NCBI GenBank assembly: GCA_963843795.1
Contig: CAWJLW010000006.1
Location: forward strand, 2,108,001-2,172,000
Direction of reading: 5' to 3'
DNA: 64,000 bases
Origin: an uncultured bacterium
Lineage (GTDB): Bacteria; Armatimonadota; Abditibacteriia; Abditibacteriales; Abditibacteriaceae
Of this stretch, positions 1-10,003 are shown piece by piece (position 1 is the first letter of the stretch; each line of letters starts with the position of its first letter). The notes below the pieces were generated by a model. It searched no databases, was not told where the DNA came from, and worked only from the letters and a program-made list of their open reading frames with translations. A program made the position numbers and the translations under genes.

Positions 1-1200
1 GGCCGCGCGTGAGGAAACCATATCTTTGTCGGCTAAGGTATCCTGCAAAGTGTTGAGCCGCGCGCTTTGCAAGGCCGCGCGCGATTGCGCCAAGCTGCTT
101 TTAGACGCAGCCACGCGCGCTTCCTGATCGCGCTGCGCCGCAGATTGCGCTGCGTCCAACGTGTCCAATCGCGTTTGTGCGGTCTGCAAAGTCGAGCGCG
201 CTGAAACCACGCGGTCGCGCGCATCATCGACAATGGTTTGTGCTACATACCCTTTGGCCAGCAAAGTTTCCTGTCGCTTTAAATTGGTCTGCGCCACTTC
301 GAGTTGCGATTTGGCATCGGTGACCCCAGCTTTGGCCGTCACGAGTTCCTGCGGCTGTGTCGAATTGGTTAGTAAATTCAAGGCTTCTTCGGCAGAACTC
401 ACGCTCGATTGCGCGGCATTGGCAGCGGCTTGGGCTTGCTCGATGGCGGCCTGCGACAAAGCGGGTTGATTTTTGGCTTGCAGCACGCTTTGATCCAGAC
501 GCGCCTGCGCCGCTTTCACGCCGCTTTGCGCTTCTTCGATGGCGGTTTGCGAAGTGCGTTTTTGCAGTTCCAACGATTGCTGCGCTGAAGACAAGCTCGC
601 ACGCGCCGAGCGCACGCTCGCTGCCGATTGCGCGACCTGGGCGGGATTGGAGTTGGCTTCGAGGGCCAAGGTTTGTCTGGCCTGATTCAAACGCGCTCGC
701 GCCGCAGACAAGCTGGCTTCCGATTGCTTGATTTGCGGCCCAACCGAAGCCTGCTGCAAACGCGAATTCTGTTCGGCTTGACGCAATGATGAGCGCGCCG
801 CGTCGAGATCGGCCTGCGCCTGCTTGAAAGCATTGTCGGTGTCTTGACGGTCAATTAAGCAAATCAATTGGCCGCGCTTGACCAGCGTGCCTTCTTCGAC
901 CGCCATCTGCAAAACTTTGCCGCCCGCTTTCGATTTCACATCGACTGTTGTAAACGGTTGCATTTTGCCGGTCGCGGAAACAATTTCGCGCACATCTTCA
1001 ATCTTGACGAGCGCGGTTTCGATTTCGGCGTGCGGTATGACGCGCGTACGCGAACGATAAGTCGCGTAGCCGACAATGGATAGAAGCAGAACACCGAAAA
1101 TAAGCCAGCCACGTTTGGGCTTGCGGCGACGTTTGGGCACGACAGGTTTAGTGGCATCAGGTTTTTCGGCGCGTTTCTGGCGCAAATCGGGAAGTTTCAT
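1..1200 (-). CDS. Efflux RND/MacA-HlyD-type periplasmic adaptor (membrane fusion protein), 3' end runs off the window
   Basis: Manual translation from ATG at 1200: MKLPDLRQK...GWLIFGVLLLSIVGY (TM)...IVSATGKMQPFTTVDVKSKAGGKVLQMAVEEGTLVKRGQLICLID (lipoyl/barrel-sandwich motif), then long Ala/Gln coiled coil; directly downstream of a TolC-family gene. Confidence 0.88.
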   Translation of the reverse strand, partial: MKLPDLRQKRAEKPDATKPVVPKRRRKPKRGWLIFGVLLLSIVGYATYRSRTRVIPHAEIETALVKIEDVREIVSATGKMQPFTTVDVKSKAGGKVLQMAVEEGTLVKRGQLICLIDRQDTDNAFKQAQADLDAARSSLRQAEQNSRLQQASVGPQIKQSEASLSAARARLNQARQTLALEANSNPAQVAQSAASVRSARASLSSAQQSLELQKRTSQTAIEEAQSGVKAAQARLDQSVLQAKNQPALSQAAIEQAQAAANAAQSSVSSAEEALNLLTNSTQPQELVTAKAGVTDAKSQLEVAQTNLKRQETLLAKGYVAQTIVDDARDRVVSARSTLQTAQTRLDTLDAAQSAAQRDQEARVAASKSSLAQSRAALQSARLNTLQDTLADKDMVSSRAA

Positions 1201-1247
1201 GATTGGTAAAAGCGCGCTGCAAGTACTTGCAGCGCACAATTTAATTT

Positions 1248-2831
1248 TCAACGTCCTTCGCGTTTCAATTCGACGGGAACCACGATTGGCGCGGTGGGTG
1301 GCGGCGTTTGTCCGGGATCGGCCCACGCGAAGCGACCGACGGCGCGATCCAGATTGGCGCGCGCGATTTCATAATCGTAAACCGCTTGCGTGGCGCTGGT
1401 TTGCGCGTTGAACAATTGCGTTTGTGCGTTCACGATGTCCAGAATAATGCCCAACCCCAAGCGATATTTTTCGGTCGCTGCGGTGAGATTAATCTGCGCT
1501 TGTTCGACCAGAACGCGCGCGTTGGCAATGCGCTCAATTTGACCGGAAATATCGGTGTAACCAGCTTCGACTTCGGCCTCGGCATCTTTTTCCAACTGTT
1601 CCAGATTTAAACGACTGGCCGCCAGTTCATCTTGCGCGGCACGCTTATCGGCGCGCCGCCCACCGCCATCGAAAATCGGCACATTTAGACCAACGCCAAG
1701 CTGCAAACGTCGGTCGCTCGTCGAGCGCGGATCGAGATTAAAACCCGCACTCGCTGTCACTTGCGGCTTTTGTTCGATGCGCGCCAAAGCTACCGAACTT
1801 TCGCTTTGCTGCACTGCAGCACGGCTCTGCACCAAATCGGGACGTAGATTGCGCGCTTGTTCGAGATATTCATCCAGCGTTTCTAATTGCGGCACTTGGG
1901 GCGGCTCAATTTGCAAAATTTCTGTCGCTGCAGGTAACTCGGCCAGTTCCGGCACTTGAGTTCCCGCTTCGATTTCATCAGGCGTCAAAGGCGTGGATTG
2001 GCTGGGAACTTCATTTATTCCAGCGATAGCCGTAATGCGCGGCGATTGTTCTAATTCCAAAGCCGGGCCGCGTCCCAAACCCAACACATTGCGAAAGTTG
2101 ACCCGCGCTACGGCGAGATTTTTCTGCGCCGTGACTTGATCGAAACGCGCCTGTCGCAGCGCGACTTGCACGCTGAGGATATCGACGCGCGCGACAGTTC
2201 CGGCTGCGATTTGCGCGCGCACCTGTTGCACTTGCTGTTCGGCCAAAGCGACTTGTCCGGCGAACTGCTGGCTCAATTTTTCCTGCCGCAATTGTTCATA
2301 AAACGCTTGGGCGACTTGAAAAGCCAAGCTGCTGCGCGCGCTGCCAAAACTGCCGACCGCGCTCTGACTGCGCGCCTGCGCCGAGCGCACGCGCTGTCGC
2401 GTGCGCCCGCCATCGAACAAGCTCTGCGACACGGCAATGTCGGTCGAAGTTGTGCCACTGGAGCCGCCGCTGATAATACCGCCAGGAACGCCGTTGCTAT
2501 CGGGCAGCACGATGACCGAATTGTTGTTGAGATAATCGTAGCCGACGCGCCCGGTAACTTGCGGCGCATAGCCCGCGCGCGCTGATTTGATACTTTCCTG
2601 CGCACTGGATGCTTGCAACTGCGCGGCGCCCGGCCCGCCTTGCGTGCGCAGCGCGATGCGAATGCTTTCTTCCAGCGAAAGCGGACTGGCAAGTACTTGC
2701 TCATCTGCTGGCGAATCGGTAGAAATTGCAAACGCTGGCGCGCTTTGTGGAGGCGCAGTTTCCTGTGCCTTGGCGTGCAGAGAAACGGCGCATAAAGCGA
2801 GCGTGCACTGCAAAGTCGGTGACAATTTCAT
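1248..2831 (-). CDS. TolC-family outer membrane efflux protein
   Basis: Signal peptide MKLSPTLQCTLALCAVSLHAKA; LSLEESIRIAL, SQSLFDGG, NVPIFDGG, EKYRLGLGIILDIVNAQ, ARANLDRAVG OEP repeats; start trimmed to ATG 2831. Confidence 0.9.
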   Translation of the reverse strand: MKLSPTLQCTLALCAVSLHAKAQETAPPQSAPAFAISTDSPADEQVLASPLSLEESIRIALRTQGGPGAAQLQASSAQESIKSARAGYAPQVTGRVGYDYLNNNSVIVLPDSNGVPGGIISGGSSGTTSTDIAVSQSLFDGGRTRQRVRSAQARSQSAVGSFGSARSSLAFQVAQAFYEQLRQEKLSQQFAGQVALAEQQVQQVRAQIAAGTVARVDILSVQVALRQARFDQVTAQKNLAVARVNFRNVLGLGRGPALELEQSPRITAIAGINEVPSQSTPLTPDEIEAGTQVPELAELPAATEILQIEPPQVPQLETLDEYLEQARNLRPDLVQSRAAVQQSESSVALARIEQKPQVTASAGFNLDPRSTSDRRLQLGVGLNVPIFDGGGRRADKRAAQDELAASRLNLEQLEKDAEAEVEAGYTDISGQIERIANARVLVEQAQINLTAATEKYRLGLGIILDIVNAQTQLFNAQTSATQAVYDYEIARANLDRAVGRFAWADPGQTPPPTAPIVVPVELKREGR

Positions 2832-2863
2832 AGTTGTGTCCTGCTGCAAGTACTTGCAACACT

Positions 2864-4012
2864 TCATTTGGCGATGATGCGACCCAGCCACAATGTGTTA
2901 TCGCCTTTGCCCTGACCGATTAAACCGGCAGCGTCCATCACAAAAATTTGCTTGACCTGATCCAAATCGAGTTGATTGTTATTGTCTTTCGAATCATCGG
3001 AAGGCTTGAAATCGGCGAAATCAGCGTCCACCATTTTGGGCTTCACGTCGCCCGCGACGAGCGTTGTGAAATTGTATTTGCCACCGCTTTCTTCTTCCAG
3101 TTGCACGATGAGAACCGCCGGTTTTTCCGAAGCGATTTGAAAGCTCAACTGCTTTTTGCCAGCTAAAATGCCGGTCGTTAGCGGCTTGATCATGGCGGAG
3201 ATGCGCGCCGGTGCCTGTTGATATTTGGCCTGCAAAGCGTTGTTTTCGGGCAATTCTGCTTTGGCGCGTTCGAGCGCGATGTTGCCCATGCCCAGCCACG
3301 AAACCTGCGGGCTCAAAAACTGATCAATACTGATTGCATCTTTGGCAACTTCGGTTTGCGGAGCTTCGGGCAGCGGCTTGCTGCTGAGCCTCACATCATC
3401 GACCCACAAAACACGCGGCCCGGAAGCGATGTCGAGCAATCGCGCGATTGGGCTATTGACATCGCCCTGCACGAAAAGCTGATTAAAATCCAGAAATGCC
3501 AAAGCATCGATTTTCTCCAGGTCGAGCTTGCCGTTGGCATCTTTGGGATCGTCGGGGCCGGTTTGCAACCGAAAATCTTCCACCTTCAACTCCACGGGCT
3601 GCCAGCGATTACTTACCAGCGAAACCGGCACCACGAAACGTCCGCCGCCCTGCTCGTTGAGCGCAACGATGAGCGGCGTATCGTGATCGGATTTGAGCGT
3701 CATTGTCAACGTTTTCAAGCTGCTGAGTGCACCGGTGGCCATCGGCGCGGCCAGCGCGTTGTAACCACCGTTGGCCACTTCGTAATCGAATTGCAGCGCG
3801 CCGGTTCCGACTTTGGTACCTTCGCGCGCCGGTGAGATTTTCCCCTTTTCGCCAATCACAACCCATTCGCCGACACCGTTTTCAAAGTCGCGTGCGTACA
3901 AAGGTTCCGGTAACTGAGGTGGCTGCGCTTGCGCCTCATGTTCCGAAAATGCGGAAACCGAAATCACGCCACTCAGCAATGTCAATAAAGCCAACTTCCG
4001 ATAATTTTTCAT
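2864..4012 (-). CDS. Secreted protein with two tandem galactose-binding-like carbohydrate-binding domains (CBM11/CIA30-like)
   Basis: Signal peptide; internal duplication (LIVALNEQGGGRF...DANGKLDLEKI / LIVQLEEESGGKY...DNNNQLDLDQV). Confidence 0.6.
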   Translation of the reverse strand: MKNYRKLALLTLLSGVISVSAFSEHEAQAQPPQLPEPLYARDFENGVGEWVVIGEKGKISPAREGTKVGTGALQFDYEVANGGYNALAAPMATGALSSLKTLTMTLKSDHDTPLIVALNEQGGGRFVVPVSLVSNRWQPVELKVEDFRLQTGPDDPKDANGKLDLEKIDALAFLDFNQLFVQGDVNSPIARLLDIASGPRVLWVDDVRLSSKPLPEAPQTEVAKDAISIDQFLSPQVSWLGMGNIALERAKAELPENNALQAKYQQAPARISAMIKPLTTGILAGKKQLSFQIASEKPAVLIVQLEEESGGKYNFTTLVAGDVKPKMVDADFADFKPSDDSKDNNNQLDLDQVKQIFVMDAAGLIGQGKGDNTLWLGRIIAK

Positions 4013-4092
4013 CGTATTCTCCTCTGGTTCACCGTCAACTTTACAGTGCGAATAGTAACCCTACGAAATTCGCTCAACAATGCTGCGTTCGA

Positions 4093-5097
4093 TCAATCGG
4101 CGACTTTGACCAGTTGTTTGCCGATATTCTCGCCGCTAAATAAGCCCAGAAACGCCGCCACAGTGTTTTCAAAACCGTGAGCGATGGCTTCTTTGTCTTG
4201 CAGTTTGCCCGCTTCGAGCCACTGCGCTAACTGCTCGCGGCCTTCTTCAAAACGCTCGACGAAATCTCCGACAATAAAGCCTTGCATCCGCGCGCTTTTG
4301 ACCAGCAACTGGGGTTGGACGCGCGGCCCCAGATCGGGCTTTTCCAGATTATAAAGCGCGATTTGGCCGCAAATCGAAGTGCGCGCGCCGTGATTGATGC
4401 GCGCCATCACGGCATCCGAAATTTCGCCGCCCACGTTATCGAAATACACGTCCACGCCATCCGCGCACGCCGCATCCAAGGCTTTGCCAATATCTTCGCT
4501 GTGATAATTGATCGTCGCATCGAAATTCAACTCGTCGCGCAAATAGTCTGTTTTTTCATCGCTGCCCGCGATGCCAACCACGCGACAGCCTTTGATTTTG
4601 GCGATTTGCCCGACCACGCTGCCGACTGCGCCCGCCGCGCCCGAAACCACAACAGTTTCGCCGTCTTGGGGCTGACAAATCTCCAGCAAGCCGAAATACG
4701 CCGTTAAACCGGTCATGCCCAAAATGCCCAGAGATGTCGAAATCGGCGCGCGTTTGGGATCGACCTTCAAGAGTTCTTTCCCCTTTAAAGCCGCGAAACG
4801 TTGCCAGTTCAACTGCCCCATCACGATGTCACCGCGTTGCAAACCGTCGAATTTCGATTCAATCACTTCGCCCACGCCCGCACCGCCAATAGTTTCGTTT
4901 AAACCAAACGGTGGCACATATGATTTGCCGTCGCTCATCCGGCCTCGCATATACGGATCGACCGATAAATAATGCGCGCGCACCAGAACTTCGCCGTCTT
5001 TAATTGCGGGAATTTCCGCATCCACAACCTTGAAGTTGTCCGGCGTCGGCATACCTTTTGGGCGGCTCACCAAGTGAATCTGCTGATTATTACTCAT
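4093..5097 (-). CDS. NADP-dependent oxidoreductase (MDR, prostaglandin reductase/CurA-YncB-like)
   Basis: LSVDPYMRGRM, GMTGLTAYFGL, VVSGAAGAVGS, YFDNVGG, ENIGKQLV; GGAG RBS before ATG 5097. Confidence 0.92.
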   Translation of the reverse strand: MSNNQQIHLVSRPKGMPTPDNFKVVDAEIPAIKDGEVLVRAHYLSVDPYMRGRMSDGKSYVPPFGLNETIGGAGVGEVIESKFDGLQRGDIVMGQLNWQRFAALKGKELLKVDPKRAPISTSLGILGMTGLTAYFGLLEICQPQDGETVVVSGAAGAVGSVVGQIAKIKGCRVVGIAGSDEKTDYLRDELNFDATINYHSEDIGKALDAACADGVDVYFDNVGGEISDAVMARINHGARTSICGQIALYNLEKPDLGPRVQPQLLVKSARMQGFIVGDFVERFEEGREQLAQWLEAGKLQDKEAIAHGFENTVAAFLGLFSGENIGKQLVKVAD

Positions 5098-5183
5098 ACC
5101 GTTGTCTCCTGTTTTCACTACAAGTACCTGCCTGATACATGCCGCGACCTCTGCAGGAAGTTGCGACGAAGTTATACAGAAGT

Positions 5184-6773
5184 CTATGCTGATGTCGGAA
5201 GTTCAATCATGGCGATGCTCACTTGAACGCCGTTATCAATTCGTGCTAATTCCAGTTGCCAATTGTTGGCTTCACAAATGGCTTGACAAATGGCGAGACC
5301 CAAACCGTTGCCGCCGGTTTGCGAATGGCGCGCGGCGTCGGGTCGATAAAAGGGTTGCAGCCATTTTTCAATGGGTTCGGAGTCGTTGGTCACGTTCGCG
5401 CCCGAGTTATCTACCGATTCCACCGCATTCCACACGCGCAGCTGGGGCATCGCATTTTGCAATTCGACTTTGATCTGGCTATCGGCGGGCGCATATTTAA
5501 CCGCATTCTCTAAGAGGTTGCGCGCGAGCATGGAAGCGTGAGTGGGTGCACACTCGATTGCAACGGCATCATCTGGTGCAAGTACTTGCAGGTCGAGATG
5601 GCGCGCATCAATGGTTTTCAAAAGCGGCGAAAGCGCCAAATCGCACACCTCCACTAAATCTAACATCTCGCGCGGCGGCTGCGCGCTCGCTGCGTGCAGT
5701 TGATTGAGCGTGAGTAAATCACGGACCAGATCAGTAAGGCGCTGAGTTTGAACGCTCGCTTCTTCCAACGTTTGCCGATAAGTTTCGGCATCGCGCGGAC
5801 GGCTCAAAGCCACCTGCAAATGTCCCGAAAGCGCTTGTAGCGGTGTGCGCAATTCGTGCGAGGCGGCGGTGTGAAACTGTTCCTGCGCGCGTGCCGAAGC
5901 ACCGACGGCGCTTAGCAATTCGTTGAGCGTGCCAACTAATTCGCGCATTTCAGCATCGGGCGAAGGCGACTGCAAATTAATCTGTGGCGCATTATGTAAC
6001 CCCGCGCTGCGCGCGATGTGACGCGCCTGACCCGATAGCCGATGAATTGGTGATAACGTGCGTCCGACCAAAGCCCACGCGCCCAGTCCCGCCGCTACCG
6101 CCACGACCAGACAAAGCAGCCACAAGTTGCGCGCTTGATCGTTGAGCGTGCGCTCGACGCGTTCCCAAGGCACACCAACCGTAACTTCAAGCGGCCCGAA
6201 AGCGAAATAGGTCGCGCGCCACGCCGCGCTGTTAGTTCTTACCGGCAGTTCGCCTTCGATCACGCGCGTACCGCCGCTGGTAATTTCAACGATCTGCCCC
6301 TTGTCCAAAGCCTTGCCATCTTCACTCCTGAGCCACCGCTGGCCCATCAGCGCGCGCCGATCGGGTGAAAGCGGCGGCGCGCTGCTGAAATTATCCACAA
6401 CTTCTGACCCCGAACGACGACGCGGACGACGTGAATCTTCGTCGCCATTTTCGCTGCTTCGATTTTCATTATCGTTGCTTCGCGGCGGGCGATTGCGCGA
6501 ACGCGGTTGCAGCCACACGACAACATCGGATTCGATGCGGCGCGTTGAAGAACGCGTATTGCGGGCAGCGAGCAAACGCACTATATCGCGCGCATCGGTT
6601 CCAGTTGTTAACTGAGCACGCACATCACGCGATGCGCTACGCAAAATAATTTGCGCGCGATACTCCGAGGCACGCCGCGCGTTCCACACGAGCGCCATCC
6701 CAATCATCGCCATCACGATGACAATCGCCATCACAAAGCCCGAAGTCATGCGCGCTCGAATCGAATGAAACAT
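5184..6773 (-). CDS. Membrane sensor histidine kinase (HAMP-HisKA-HATPase)
   Basis: Two TM segments, ASHELRTPL H-box, NLLENAVKY N-box, GGNGLGLAI G2 box; downstream of a response regulator. Confidence 0.92.
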   Translation of the reverse strand: MFHSIRARMTSGFVMAIVIVMAMIGMALVWNARRASEYRAQIILRSASRDVRAQLTTGTDARDIVRLLAARNTRSSTRRIESDVVVWLQPRSRNRPPRSNDNENRSSENGDEDSRRPRRRSGSEVVDNFSSAPPLSPDRRALMGQRWLRSEDGKALDKGQIVEITSGGTRVIEGELPVRTNSAAWRATYFAFGPLEVTVGVPWERVERTLNDQARNLWLLCLVVAVAAGLGAWALVGRTLSPIHRLSGQARHIARSAGLHNAPQINLQSPSPDAEMRELVGTLNELLSAVGASARAQEQFHTAASHELRTPLQALSGHLQVALSRPRDAETYRQTLEEASVQTQRLTDLVRDLLTLNQLHAASAQPPREMLDLVEVCDLALSPLLKTIDARHLDLQVLAPDDAVAIECAPTHASMLARNLLENAVKYAPADSQIKVELQNAMPQLRVWNAVESVDNSGANVTNDSEPIEKWLQPFYRPDAARHSQTGGNGLGLAICQAICEANNWQLELARIDNGVQVSIAMIELPTSA

Positions 6774-6806
6774 TGGTGAGAAAAGTGAAGTTAAGAAGGT
6801 GGAATG

Positions 6807-6870
6807 GCGAAAATGAAAGCTAAAAGTGCGCTGCAAGTACTTGCAGCGCACTTTTAGCTTTCATTTTCGC
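6807..6870. repeat. 64-bp perfect palindrome centred on GCAAGTACTTGC
   Basis: GCGAAAATGAAAGCTAAAAGTGCGCTGCAAGT|ACTTGCAGCGCACTTTTAGCTTTCATTTTCGC; right arm overlaps the end of the response regulator CDS. Confidence 0.95.
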
Positions 6871-7528
6871 GCATCGAATAACCGGCGCCGCGCACGGTGT
6901 GAATAAGTGGTTTTTTGTGGCCGCGATCAATTTTGCGGCGCAGATAAGAAATGTAAACTTCGAGCACGTTGTCATTGCCATCGAAATCGTATTGCCAGAC
7001 GTGTTCCAAGAGCGCGGCGCGCGTCAAGACCGAACCGGCGTGGCGCATCAGATATTCGAGCAACGTGTATTCGGTCGAAGAAAGCGCGATATTTTTGCTA
7101 CCGCGTTGCGCCTGTCGCGTGGCCGGATCGAGCTTGAGATCATCGACTTGTAACGCGACTGGCGAACTCGCGCCGCGCCGCAACATCGCGCGAACACGCG
7201 CCAAAAGTTCATCGACTTGAAACGGTTTGACCAAGTAATCATCGGCTCCGGCATCCAAACCCTGTACTTTGTCTTCGGTGGTGTCGCGCGCGGTAATCAT
7301 CAAAATCGGCGCGCGGATTTCGCGCGCGCGTAAGCGGCGACACACTTCCAGACCGTTCAAGCCGGGCAACATCACATCCAATAAAATTAAATCGAAAGCC
7401 TGTTCGCTGGCGGTTTGCAAAGCGCGCGCGCCATCGTCGCACAATTGCGTACCGTAACCGGCTTCGCCCAACGCCTGCACCAGAAAGCGCGAAACCGCGT
7501 CGTCGTCTTCAACTACCAAAACGTTCAT
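6854..7528 (-). CDS. OmpR/PhoB-family response regulator
   Basis: VLVVEDD, DLILLDVMLP, GADDYLVKPF, IHTVRGAGY. Confidence 0.96.
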   Translation of the reverse strand: MNVLVVEDDDAVSRFLVQALGEAGYGTQLCDDGARALQTASEQAFDLILLDVMLPGLNGLEVCRRLRAREIRAPILMITARDTTEDKVQGLDAGADDYLVKPFQVDELLARVRAMLRRGASSPVALQVDDLKLDPATRQAQRGSKNIALSSTEYTLLEYLMRHAGSVLTRAALLEHVWQYDFDGNDNVLEVYISYLRRKIDRGHKKPLIHTVRGAGYSMRENES

Positions 7529-7643
7529 AATCGCTCCCGTTTATAGCTCCTTTTTATTTCGTTGGTTTTCATTGTAGCCAACATAGAGTGACCGTATTGG
7601 GTTACTGAAAAGATTCACAGTTTCAAAATTGGCTCGCCAAACC

Positions 7644-7673
7644 TTGGCAAATCTGGCAAGGAATTGTTAAAAT
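7644..7673 (+). promoter_or_regulatory. Putative sigma70 promoter upstream of the thrS leader
   Basis: TTGGCA-18 nt-TAAAAT with extended -10 TG (TGtTAAAAT). Confidence 0.5.
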
Positions 7674-7826
7674 TACAGTTAATCCAAAAGGAGGTGGTCA
7701 GAATTATTAAACAATCTGGACGAGGTGGGTGCGAGTCTTAACTCGCTACTCAGGCTTCACACCTTTGGCGCAAGCCAACTTTGGTTGATGACTGGTTAAG
7801 ACAATCCCACGCATCTGCCGAACACG

Positions 7827-7867
7827 CACGCTCCGATTCGTTCATTCGAATCGGGGCGTGTTTTTTT
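7827..7867 (+). terminator. Intrinsic terminator/attenuator upstream of thrS
   Basis: Stem CACGCTCCGATTCG / CGAATCGGGGCGTG followed by T7. Confidence 0.75.
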
Positions 7868-7998
7868 GTCTCGCGCATTCTTTCTTCGCATAATTTCAAC
7901 AGTTGATCGAACAAGCAGTTGCACACAGCAAGTACTTGCAGCAGGCTTCGCGCCGCCTCTTTGCGCAAAGTGTCACGATTAGCCACACTACAGGAGCT

Positions 7999-9906
7999 AT
8001 GATTTCTGTTTCCTTCCCCGACAATTCCGTCCGCGAATATCCCGACCACTCCACGCCACTTGAAATCGCCCAATCCATCGGCAGCCGTTTGGCCAAAGCG
8101 GTTCTGGCCGCGCAAGTCGATGGCCAGATGTGGGATTTGACCCGACCTTTGCCCGGCGATTGCTCGCTGCGTTTACTCACTTTCGACGATGCTGAAGGCC
8201 GCGAAGTGTTTCGCCATTCGACCACACATTTGATGGCGCAAGCCGTTCAAGCCTTGTATCCCGAGGCTAAATTGACTGTCGGGCCACCTTTGGCCGATCG
8301 CTTTTATTACGACATCGACATGGCACCGATTTCCGAAGCCGATTTCCCCAAAATCGAAGCCAAAATGCAGGAATTCGCGCGTCAGGATTTGCCCATCGAA
8401 CGCGAGGAAATTTCGCTCGAAGCCGCGCGCGAACTGTTCAAAAACGATCAATATAAGCTCGAGCTGCTCGAAGACATTCCTGAAAAGGAAACGATTTCGA
8501 TTTATCGTCAGGGCGATTGGTGCGATTTGTGTCGCGGGCCGCATTTGCCTTCGACCGGTCGCTTGAAAGCATTCAAATTGTTGTCAGTCGCGGGCGCGTT
8601 TTGGCGCGGCGACGCCAATAATCAGCAGCTGCAGCGACTTTATGGCACCAGCTATCCCAATCAGAAAGATTTGGACGAGCACATGAATCGTTTAGAAGAA
8701 GCCAAAGCGCGCGACCATCGCAAATTGGGTCGCGAATTGGGCTTATTCATCGTGTCTTCAGAAGTCGGCGTCGGCTTGCCCTTGTGGCTGCCCAAAGGCG
8801 CAACTTTGCGCCGCACTCTGGAAGAATTCATCCGCGCCGAACTCCTCAAAAATGGTTATCAGCCGGTCGTGACGCCGCACATCGCTCGCACCGAATTGTT
8901 CAAAACTTCGGGTCACATGACGGCTTATGCCGATTCGATGTATCCGACGATGACGCACGAAGACGAAGAATTCGTGCTCAAGCCGGTCAATTGTCCGTTT
9001 CACATCATGATTTACAAATCGCAGATGCGCTCGTATCGCGATTTGCCGATACGCTACGCCGAATTTGGCACCGTTTATCGTTGGGAACAAAGCGGCGAAG
9101 TCGGCGGCCTGACGCGCGTGCGCGGTTTTACACAAGATGACGCTCACTTGTTTCTAATGCCCGAACAATTGGGACAGGAATTCAAGGCCAACGTCGATCT
9201 GGTATTGCTGGTTTTGAATCGTTTGGGGTTGGAGTACACGGCACGCGTTGGTTTGCGCGATCCGGAAAGGTCGGACAAATATGTCGGCAGCGATGAAGCG
9301 TGGCAACAATCACAAAACGCGCTTCTCGAAGCAGTGCAGGAGTTAGGTTTGGAACACGTCGTGGCTGAAGGCGAAGCGGCGATCTACGGGCCGAAACTGG
9401 ACTTCTTGGTGCGCGACGCCATCGGACGCGAATGGCAGTTGGGCACAGTACAAGTTGATTACGTGCTACCGGAACGCTTCGGTTTGGAATATACCGGCGC
9501 TGACGGACAAACGCACCGCCCGGTGATGATTCATCGCGCGCCCTTTGGCAGCTTAGAACGCTTTTGTGGCGTGCTAATCGAACATTTCGCGGGCGCGTTT
9601 CCTCTGTGGCTAAGTCCAGTGCAAATCAAAATTTTATCGATTGCCGACCGCCACGCCGAATATGCACAAGGTGTGGCGCAGGAGTTAATCAACGCGGGCT
9701 TTCGTGTCGAAACCGATTTCGACAACGCCAAAATTGGCGCAAAAATCGCCATCGCCGAAACGCAGAAAGTTCCTTATATGGTGATTATCGGCGATAAAGA
9801 AATCGAAAATAATGGCATCAGTCTGCGCGCGCGCGGCCGACAAGATTTAGGCACTATGGGCCGCAGTGAACTAATAGAAAAACTGGGCACGGAAGTCGCA
9901 CAATAA
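7999..9906 (+). CDS. thrS: Threonine--tRNA ligase
   Basis: TGS domain, FRHSTTHLMAQA, DLCRGPH, RDHRKLG, LKPVNCPFH, RVRGFTQDDAH, YGPKLD, MIHRA; AGGAG RBS before ATG 7999. Confidence 0.98.
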   Translation: MISVSFPDNSVREYPDHSTPLEIAQSIGSRLAKAVLAAQVDGQMWDLTRPLPGDCSLRLLTFDDAEGREVFRHSTTHLMAQAVQALYPEAKLTVGPPLADRFYYDIDMAPISEADFPKIEAKMQEFARQDLPIEREEISLEAARELFKNDQYKLELLEDIPEKETISIYRQGDWCDLCRGPHLPSTGRLKAFKLLSVAGAFWRGDANNQQLQRLYGTSYPNQKDLDEHMNRLEEAKARDHRKLGRELGLFIVSSEVGVGLPLWLPKGATLRRTLEEFIRAELLKNGYQPVVTPHIARTELFKTSGHMTAYADSMYPTMTHEDEEFVLKPVNCPFHIMIYKSQMRSYRDLPIRYAEFGTVYRWEQSGEVGGLTRVRGFTQDDAHLFLMPEQLGQEFKANVDLVLLVLNRLGLEYTARVGLRDPERSDKYVGSDEAWQQSQNALLEAVQELGLEHVVAEGEAAIYGPKLDFLVRDAIGREWQLGTVQVDYVLPERFGLEYTGADGQTHRPVMIHRAPFGSLERFCGVLIEHFAGAFPLWLSPVQIKILSIADRHAEYAQGVAQELINAGFRVETDFDNAKIGAKIAIAETQKVPYMVIIGDKEIENNGISLRARGRQDLGTMGRSELIEKLGTEVAQ

Positions 9907-10003
9907 GCAAAATCCAGCACAACACAAGACTGACGTTAAGAAGTTCTATTATTTTTGCAGAACATCTTGGCATTGGCGAGCCAAAAACGGATAAACTCGC
10001 GCC

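Noticed and set aside
7680..7867. T-box riboswitch for thrS
   Set aside because: No GGTGGnACC T-box consensus or recognisable stem I motifs.
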